Assembly: GCA_945865595.1 (NCBI GenBank) | Contig: CAMBEV010000065.1 | Coordinates: 1-12,826, forward strand | DNA length: 12,826 nt | From: Nannocystis exedens | GTDB lineage: Bacteria; Myxococcota_A; Polyangia; Polyangiales; Polyangiaceae | Direction of reading: 5' to 3' | Shown here: one piece after another, positions 6,678-12,826 of the stretch | Position numbering within the stretch: the stretch's first letter is position 1 | How the letters are laid out: each line of letters begins with the position of its first letter | The notes under the pieces: model-generated | Told to the model about the DNA's origin: nothing | What the model saw: the letters and a program-made list of their open reading frames with translations, nothing else | Database searches by the model: none | Position numbers and translations under genes: made by a program

Positions 6678-7409
6678 ATGGGCAATCTCGTCGCTATCGC
6701 GCTCGCATTTCCGACCGTTGTCTGGACGGTGTTGCTTGGCGTGGTGCTGATCTACTGGCTCTTTGTCGTGCTCGGGGCCGTGCACTTGGGTTCAGGCCAT
6801 GCCGACGGGGCGCTCGATGGACTCGATGCTGACGGCGCTGTCGAAGGTGCAGCAAAAGGTGCCGCAGAGGGCTTACACAGCGAGGCGCCGGCTGGCGCAG
6901 ACGGCGCAGACGGTGGCGCCGACGTTGAGGGACACGAGCCGAGCATTCTGGCCTCGCTGAAGTTGCGCTCGGTGCCAGTGACCGTCGTGGTCAGCTTGAT
7001 CGTCATTTTCGCTTGGATGCTCAGCACGATGGCCATGCAAGCGTGCGGCTCGCTGCCACTGAATCGTTTCGTCGTAGGAGCGATAGTGCTCCCGATTTCC
7101 GCCTTGCTCGCGTTGCCACTCGCATCAATCGCCGTCCGACCTCTCGCGCGGTTTTTTGCGCACACGCAAGCCAGGACCCATCAAGATCTTGTGGGCAAGA
7201 CGTGCCAAGTGCGCACGGGCTCCGCCGATGGCCGCTTTGGCGAGGCCACGATAACGGAGCGAGGTTCCGATCTCGTGGTTCGCGTTCGCATCGACGGTCA
7301 AGCGCTCAAGCGCGGACAAGACGCGATCATCACGGGGTGGGACCACGAGCGCGATGCCTTCACGGTTGAACCTCTCGATGAAGTGATGGGGCGCAAAGAG
7401 AAAGCGTAA
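6678..7409 (+). CDS. NfeD-like (YqiJ/YuaF-type) membrane protein, 243 aa
   Basis: ATG at 6678 (MGNLVAIALAFPTVVWTVLLGVVLIYWLFVVLG) begins an N-terminal TM segment. An acidic Gly/Asp/Ala-rich insert follows, then two more TM segments. The C-terminal OB-fold-like segment reads LVGKTCQVRTGSADGRFGEATITERGSDLVVRVRIDGQALKRGQDAIITG...FTVEPLDE. The gene sits immediately upstream of a flotillin gene, which is the classical pairing. Confidence 0.85.
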   Translation: MGNLVAIALAFPTVVWTVLLGVVLIYWLFVVLGAVHLGSGHADGALDGLDADGAVEGAAKGAAEGLHSEAPAGADGADGGADVEGHEPSILASLKLRSVPVTVVVSLIVIFAWMLSTMAMQACGSLPLNRFVVGAIVLPISALLALPLASIAVRPLARFFAHTQARTHQDLVGKTCQVRTGSADGRFGEATITERGSDLVVRVRIDGQALKRGQDAIITGWDHERDAFTVEPLDEVMGRKEKA

Positions 7410-7410
7410 C

Positions 7411-7416
7411 GGAGGA
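7411..7416 (+). promoter_or_regulatory. Shine-Dalgarno GGAGGA, 7 nt upstream of the flotillin ATG
   Basis: GGAGGA at 7411-7416, then tagtcag, then ATG at 7424. Confidence 0.5.
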
Positions 7417-7423
7417 TAGTCAG

Positions 7424-9430
7424 ATGCCTGAAGGTTTGCTGCCGGTTGTCATTGTTGTGGGCGCGATCTCGATCGTGCTGTTCGGTTTGTTGATCATGGT
7501 CGCGCGCTTCTACCGTCAGGTAGAGCAAGGCCGCGCACTCATCATCAACACGATGCGCACTGAACCCGTGGTGACCTTCACGGGGGCCATCGTGTATCCG
7601 ATTATCAATCGCGCCGAGGTGATGGACCTCTCCGTCAAGACCATCGAAATCGATCGGCGTGGGAAAGAGGGCCTCATCTGCGCCGACAACATTCGCGCCG
7701 ACATCAACGTCACCTTCTTTGTGCGCGTCAACAAGACCGAAGCGGACGTCCTTCGCGTCGCGCAATCGCTCGGCTGCCTCCGCGCAAGCGATGGCGCAAC
7801 GTTGAACGAACTCTTTGGCGCCAAGTTTTCAGAAGCGCTGAAGACTGTCGGCAAGCACTTTGAGTTCGAGAAGCTCTATACGAACCGCGACGACTTCAAA
7901 GACAAAATCATCGAAGTGATCGGCAAGGATCTTAACGGTTTTATCCTCGACGACGCTGCGATCGACTTCCTCGAGCAAACGCCGCTTGAAGCCCTCGACC
8001 GCGACAACATCATGGATGCCGACGGTATTCGCAAGATCACCGAACTCACCGTGAAGCAAAACGTACAGACGAATTTGCTTCGTCAGGCAGAGCGCATGGA
8101 GATGGGCAGCCAAAACCTCAACGCCGATGAAGCCGTGTTTCGGTTTGAGCAACGAAGGGCCGAAGCCGAAGCGAAGAAGAACAAGGACATCTCGATTGCG
8201 CAGTCCCGCGAGCAAAACGAGGCACTTCGTATTGCAAGCGATGAGCAAAAGAAGACCGCCTTGGTCAACCACAAGAACGAAGAAGAATCGCTCGTGGCCG
8301 CCGAAACCAAAGCGCGCGGCGTCGCCATCGCACAGAAGAATCGCGAGAAAGAAGTGGCCGTCGAAACCGAGCGCGTCGAGCGGGCCCGCATGCTGGAAGC
8401 GATCGGCCGCGAGCGCGAAGTCGCACTCGTGAGCATTTCGCGCGACAAAGAAGTCGAGCTGCAAAAGAAAGAAATTGCCGACGTCGTGCGCACGCGCATC
8501 GCCGTTGAAAAAACGGTCGCGGCCGAAGAAGAGCAAATCAAAGATCTGCGCAATCGCTCACAGGCCGAGCGCGAGAAAGACGTCATCCGCATTGGCGCCG
8601 AAGCGAGAGCTCAAGAGCTGTCCGTGAAGGCAATCAAGGCCGCAGAGGCTTCGCAAGAGGCCGCAAAGTTCAAAGCGATGGAGACGGTCGTCACTGCCGA
8701 GGCCGAGCTCGAGGCTGCCGAGAAGATCGCGCGTGCGAAAATTCGTGCCGCCGAAGGTCTGCAAGCCGAAGTCGCAGCGCCTGGTCTCGCCCAAGTGCGC
8801 GTACGCGAGGCAGAAGCTGTGGCCTATGAGAAGCAGGGCATCGCAGAGGCGGTCGTGGTCGATCGCAAGGGCCAAGCTGAAGCCGCGGCATATGAGAAAC
8901 AGGGCGTTGCAGAATCGGTCGTGGTTGAGCGAAAGGGCGCGGCCGAGGGAAGCGCCATCCGCGAACGCACGACCGCCGAGGCGAAGGGCATCTCTGAGAA
9001 GGCAGCGTCGATGAAAATTCTCGACGAAGCCTCGCGTGGCCACGAAGAGTTCCGCCTGCGCCTTGAGAAAGACAAGAACGTGGAACTCGAGACCATCCAC
9101 GCCAAGAAGGACATCGCCGCCGCGCAGTCTGAGATTCTTGCGAAGGCGTTTACGAACGCGAAGTTCAACATCGTGGGTGGCGATGGTCAGTTCTTCGATC
9201 GATTTGTCAAAGCGGTCTCCGTCGGACAGGCGATCGACGGAGCCGTCGACCAAAGCGATACGATCCGGTCGCTGCTGAGCGAATTTACCGGCGCGAAGAA
9301 CGGGGACTCTCACCTGTCCGATTTAGTCGCGCGGTTTTCAAAGGGCGACGGCGGCGCGCGGGCCGAGCTGTTGGCGCTCGTGCAAGGGTCGTCGAAATCG
9401 GGCAAGACAGTCTCCTCGGCTGGCGAGTAA
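7424..9430 (+). CDS. yqiK: flotillin-family SPFH/Band-7 protein (YqiK/FloT-like), 668 aa
   Basis: The N-terminus has a TM helix followed by ARFYRQVEQGRALIINTMRTEPVVTFTGAIVYPIINRAEVMDLSVKTIEI...ADINVTFFVRVNKTEADVLRVAQSLG, which matches the E. coli YqiK N-terminus. A long Glu/Ala/Lys-rich coiled-coil (EA-repeat) region follows. TAA at 9428-9430. Confidence 0.95.
   Translation: MPEGLLPVVIVVGAISIVLFGLLIMVARFYRQVEQGRALIINTMRTEPVVTFTGAIVYPIINRAEVMDLSVKTIEIDRRGKEGLICADNIRADINVTFFVRVNKTEADVLRVAQSLGCLRASDGATLNELFGAKFSEALKTVGKHFEFEKLYTNRDDFKDKIIEVIGKDLNGFILDDAAIDFLEQTPLEALDRDNIMDADGIRKITELTVKQNVQTNLLRQAERMEMGSQNLNADEAVFRFEQRRAEAEAKKNKDISIAQSREQNEALRIASDEQKKTALVNHKNEEESLVAAETKARGVAIAQKNREKEVAVETERVERARMLEAIGREREVALVSISRDKEVELQKKEIADVVRTRIAVEKTVAAEEEQIKDLRNRSQAEREKDVIRIGAEARAQELSVKAIKAAEASQEAAKFKAMETVVTAEAELEAAEKIARAKIRAAEGLQAEVAAPGLAQVRVREAEAVAYEKQGIAEAVVVDRKGQAEAAAYEKQGVAESVVVERKGAAEGSAIRERTTAEAKGISEKAASMKILDEASRGHEEFRLRLEKDKNVELETIHAKKDIAAAQSEILAKAFTNAKFNIVGGDGQFFDRFVKAVSVGQAIDGAVDQSDTIRSLLSEFTGAKNGDSHLSDLVARFSKGDGGARAELLALVQGSSKSGKTVSSAGE
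8814..8945 (+). repeat. internal 66-nt tandem duplication in the flotillin gene (EAVAYEKQGIAEAVVVDRKGQA / EAAAYEKQGVAESVVVERKGAA)
   Basis: Two consecutive imperfect 66-nt units read in the DNA at 8814-8879 and 8880-8945. Confidence 0.7.
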
Positions 9431-9436
9431 GCCGCG

Positions 9437-12400
9437 ATGTCAGAGGCAGAACTCGACGGTGGCAGCTACGATGTCATTCGAAGGCGGCTCGTTGAGCAAG
9501 CAACAGAGCTTGGCGCCAAGGCCGAAGCGCTCAACAAGAAGCGCACGCAAGTCTTTGGCGGTACCGAACTTCAGCTCATCGCAAACGAACGCGTCCGCAC
9601 CGAAAACAACTGCGTACCTCGCGACATCGTCAGCATCGCGGGCCACTTGCTGTTCGGCTTTCAGGTGTTCATCGGGCTGAAAACAGAGACGTCCGTTGCC
9701 GACGTCCTCAGCGTCTACAAATTTGTCAAGAGCCCGAACCAAGGCGCTGACGGCGGCTTCGACCTTTCGGCTCAAGCCTTCGAAGGCCCTGCCGGGTTTC
9801 TTGCGGACGAAGCCTTCGCGAAAGATTTTCGAGACACCTTTCGGTACACGAAGGAAGCACGGCTTCTGCAGCTTCGACGAACCGAGACGCGACTGCTTGC
9901 CGCTGTCCAGGTGGGCGCAACGGCGCGCGATGCCAAGGTCTTCCGATGGAGCATCGACGCTGCAGGGCGCCTTGCCTACATGGATGCGCGCGGCGATGAC
10001 GACAACGCTTTTCCTCGATCGCACGGCTTTGTGTGGACCCCCACCGGCCGCGACGATCATGTGGGCGGCGCACACCCACACGTCAATATTCTTGACCAAC
10101 TTTTCGTCGAGACCGTCGGTGGCGATCTCACCATCAAGGTCGAGAACAACACGAAGACGGGCGTCGGCATTTATCGCGAGTCCGTCGATGACGCGAACCA
10201 AACGCTCGACGATGCCGACATTGCATACGCCCAAATCGGCGCGCTGATCTTGCTCAAGATTCTGCCGTATCGCGAAACGCAATACAGGTACTTCGTTTTC
10301 AACACGCGCACAAAAACGGCCAAGCGCATCGACGCCATTGGCCAGGCGTGCGTCGAGCTGGCGGAAGACCAGGGCATTGTGTTTCCTGGTGGTTACTATT
10401 TGAAAGACGGCGAATGCCGCGTCTTCGACAGTGACACGGCAGCCATGGAGCTCGAGCGTACGGTGCGCGCACCCAACGGAGAAGACGTTCTCTATGTCTT
10501 CTACCGACGCGAGCAAGGGCAGTACCTGCTCTTGCCCTACAACCTCATTCGCAAAGAAGTCGCAAATCCGCTGCGATGCAACGGCTACAGCTTGTTCGCG
10601 GACGGAACGATGGCGCTGTTCCGTGCGGAAGAAAGCGCAGAGCCCACGCGCGTTCATGCACTGCAAGTCTGGCGCACGCCATTTGCCACACTCGAGCATG
10701 CCGCAGCAGCACCCGCCGGAAACAGCTACCTCGCGAAGGTCGGTAACGCCGAACTCGTGCGTGGCATCAGCGAAGCGCTGACCCTCAAGAAGCTCGCGTC
10801 GAGTGATGCACCGACACGTCTCACCTACGAAGACGCGGTCGCAACCGCCACGCGTATCAGCCACGCGTACTATTGGCTCGGCCATGCGGAGACCGAAAAT
10901 CTCGCCGCGAGCGTCAGCGCGATCAAGAAGACGAGCGAACTCATCATCGACGAGTTCGAAAAGATGCTCGCCAGTCGACGGCGTGCCGACGAGGCGCTTG
11001 CGCTCGCAACGACGACGCAGACCGGTCTGCTCGCACGGCTAAGACCTGATGACCTTTCGACGGTCGAAGGTTTTCTCGAAGCGCTCACCGAGCTGCGCAA
11101 GCAACGCGGTGCGCTGATCACATTGAAGGAACTTCGCGGCGTTGACGTTGCGCGTGTTGCGGCACTCGACGAAGAGGTGAAGAAGCACGCCGAGTCGGTC
11201 AGCGATGCGTGCGTTGGGTTCTTCCTCAAGCAAAACGCCTTCGCGCCGTTGCTTGATCGCCTCGACGGGCTCACGCGTGACGTCGAGGCCGTAGCCAAGG
11301 TTTCGGACCTCACGCCGTTTGGGGAAGAGCTCGCACGCGTGCAGTCCGGGTTGACGATTTTGGCCGAGGTGGCAAGCGGCCTCAAGGTCGATGACGCAAC
11401 AGCGCGCACGCAAATTCTTGATGGCGTGAGCGCTGCATTCGCGCAACTCAATCGCGCCCGATCGGGCTTTGACGCCAGAAAACGCGACCTCGCAACAAAA
11501 GAAGGCCGCGCCGAATTCGGCGTTCAGTTTAAACTTTTTGGCCAAGCCGTGGTCAGTGCATTGGCCATCTGTGACACGCCCGAGCGCTGCGACGAAGAGC
11601 TCTCACGCTTGCTCATCGAGCTCGAGACGATCGAAGGTCGCTTCGGCGAGCTGGATGAATTTGCGCCCGATCTTGCGACGAAGAGAGAGGATGTCAGTGA
11701 AGCGCTGGGGACCCGTCGACAGCAGCTGGTCGATGAGCGTCATCGGCGCGCGCAGAATCTGTTCTCTGCCGCCGAGCGCATTTTGGCCGGCGTGGGTCGC
11801 AAGGCCGCGACACTCAAGACCGAGTCCGACCTGCAGGCCTATTTTGCTGCAGACCCCATGGTTCACAAACTTGACGCTCTCGCGGAGCAGCTGCGCGCGA
11901 TTGGCGATTCGGTGCGTGCCGATGAAGTGAACGCGCGAATCAAGTCGCGCAAACAAGAGTCGTTGCGACAGCTTCGCGACAAGGTCGACCTCTCTGAGGG
12001 AAGCGACGACACCATCAAGCTCGGCAACCATCGCTTCAGCGTGCAAAAGCAAGCGCTCGAACTCGTGCTTGTGCCGCGCGATGAAGTCATGACGGTTCAC
12101 CTCACCGGCACAGATTTTTACGAGCCGGTCGTGGACGACGAGCTCGATGGCGCGCGCAACCTGTGGGACGAAACGCTCGTTTCAGAATCGTCCGAGGTTT
12201 ATCGCGGGGAATACCTCGCCTACCTCATGTTGCGCGACGCGGAGCAGAACCGCGGATTGTCTGACAGCGGGCTTCGATCGGCAGTGGTCGCGGGCACACT
12301 TGAAGAGGTCGTGCGCACGTATGCCGCCGATCGTCTCGACGAAGGATACGAGCGTGGCGTGCACGATCACGATGCTGCGCTTATTCTCGAACGTTTGCTC

Positions 12401-12826
12401 GCGTTGCGCGAATCTGTGGGCCTACTTCGCTACGTGCCCGATGCGCGGGCGTTTGCGACTTTCTTCTTTGCGGAACAAGAGAATGCAACTCGCGAACTTC
12501 TCGTTCGACGGGCGCGCAGTGCAGGCAACCTTGTCGCGAGATTCGGTCATGGTGCTGCCCAAGACGATCTCGCTCGCGAGCTAGAAGCGCAGATGCACGG
12601 GTCTATCGCCGCGGGCAAACTCGAGGCCTGGGCGCTTGACGTTCCAGGGGCGTGCCGATTTCTGGTGCAACAGATCGCACGCGATCCGTTGTCGTTTACG
12701 ACCTCGCATGCGGCCGATGCGATCGCCAATGCGCTGCTCGCTGAGCTGGATGCACAAGGGGCTCGGCGCGCGTTCGAAGAAGACCTGCGCGCACTTGAAA
12801 AGCATGCGTCACTTCGACTCGCACTC
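9437..12826 (+). CDS. very large uncharacterised protein, 3'-partial (at least 1,130 aa in the window; runs off the window end)
   Basis: Frame +2 is open without any stop from ATG 9437 to position 12826, checked codon by codon. The ATG lies 6 nt after the flotillin TAA, in the same frame. Composition is protein-like, with GC-rich third positions on this strand. The ORF track omits it only because it has no stop in the window. No P-loop or other motif that I recognise. The first ~430 aa look like a mixed-fold domain with aromatic-rich stretches (YRYFVFNTRTKTAKRID, LYVFYRREQGQYLLLPYNL). The rest is a long, mainly alpha-helical, Ala/Leu/Glu/Arg-rich region. Confidence 0.8.
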   Translation, partial: MSEAELDGGSYDVIRRRLVEQATELGAKAEALNKKRTQVFGGTELQLIANERVRTENNCVPRDIVSIAGHLLFGFQVFIGLKTETSVADVLSVYKFVKSPNQGADGGFDLSAQAFEGPAGFLADEAFAKDFRDTFRYTKEARLLQLRRTETRLLAAVQVGATARDAKVFRWSIDAAGRLAYMDARGDDDNAFPRSHGFVWTPTGRDDHVGGAHPHVNILDQLFVETVGGDLTIKVENNTKTGVGIYRESVDDANQTLDDADIAYAQIGALILLKILPYRETQYRYFVFNTRTKTAKRIDAIGQACVELAEDQGIVFPGGYYLKDGECRVFDSDTAAMELERTVRAPNGEDVLYVFYRREQGQYLLLPYNLIRKEVANPLRCNGYSLFADGTMALFRAEESAEPTRVHALQVWRTPFATLEHAAAAPAGNSYLAKVGNAELVRGISEALTLKKLASSDAPTRLTYEDAVATATRISHAYYWLGHAETENLAASVSAIKKTSELIIDEFEKMLASRRRADEALALATTTQTGLLARLRPDDLSTVEGFLEALTELRKQRGALITLKELRGVDVARVAALDEEVKKHAESVSDACVGFFLKQNAFAPLLDRLDGLTRDVEAVAKVSDLTPFGEELARVQSGLTILAEVASGLKVDDATARTQILDGVSAAFAQLNRARSGFDARKRDLATKEGRAEFGVQFKLFGQAVVSALAICDTPERCDEELSRLLIELETIEGRFGELDEFAPDLATKREDVSEALGTRRQQLVDERHRRAQNLFSAAERILAGVGRKAATLKTESDLQAYFAADPMVHKLDALAEQLRAIGDSVRADEVNARIKSRKQESLRQLRDKVDLSEGSDDTIKLGNHRFSVQKQALELVLVPRDEVMTVHLTGTDFYEPVVDDELDGARNLWDETLVSESSEVYRGEYLAYLMLRDAEQNRGLSDSGLRSAVVAGTLEEVVRTYAADRLDEGYERGVHDHDAALILERLLALRESVGLLRYVPDARAFATFFFAEQENATRELLVRRARSAGNLVARFGHGAAQDDLARELEAQMHGSIAAGKLEAWALDVPGACRFLVQQIARDPLSFTTSHAADAIANALLAELDAQGARRAFEEDLRALEKHASLRLAL

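Noticed and set aside
7516-9313. Minus-strand and off-frame ORFs inside the flotillin gene (7516..7854, 7829..8536, 8083..8592, 8558..9313, 8824..9171, 8127..8432, 8733..9014, 9036..9278)
   Set aside because: They lie antisense to or out of frame with a gene whose product matches YqiK-type flotillin over its full length. Their translations are repetitive Arg/Ser/Phe-rich sequences.
9440-12100. Long minus-strand ORFs (9440..10885 of 481 aa, 10870..11451, 11039..11545, 11603..12100) and the plus-strand frame-0 ORFs (9459..9680, 9696..10247, 10431..10781, 10803..11042, 11469..11930, 12147..12584)
   Set aside because: They all overlap the single uninterrupted frame +2 ORF (9437 to the window end). 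Their translations are Arg/Ser/Ala/Cys-rich and low in complexity, typical of antisense or off-frame shadows in GC-rich DNA. The frame +2 product has normal composition and GC-rich third positions.

Overview
This is a GC-rich, gene-dense window that looks chromosomal and resembles Myxococcota or another high-GC genome. I call 13 protein-coding genes and one orphan 40-codon signal-peptide ORF. I see no rRNA, tRNA, CRISPR array, transposase or integrase. The left third (98-1706, + strand) holds a YbcJ-like S4 RNA-binding protein, the orphan signal-peptide mini-ORF, a CxxCH (haem-c motif) protein that lacks its own signal peptide, and two tandem paralogous ~68-aa lipoproteins. The middle (1717-3989, - strand) holds a 479-aa lipoprotein with a long Ala/Pro/Asp-rich linker, an 84-aa Cys-rich lipoprotein and a DUF1993 protein. 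The + strand from 4066 to the window end is one tightly packed co-directional block. Its genes are a phospholipase-C/acid-phosphatase-family phosphoesterase lipoprotein, a DUF218 (YdcF/ElyC-like) lipoprotein that overlaps it by ATGA, a KcsA-like 2-TM channel whose selectivity filter reads SVGFCD, an NfeD-like membrane protein and a 668-aa YqiK-type flotillin (SPFH). The block ends with a very large unrecognised ORF that begins 6 nt after the flotillin stop and is still open after 1,130 codons at the window edge. The ORF track omits this ORF because it has no stop in the window. I consider it, together with the channel-NfeD-flotillin linkage, the most interesting part of the window. Many long ORFs on the opposite strand are antisense artefacts of the high GC content.
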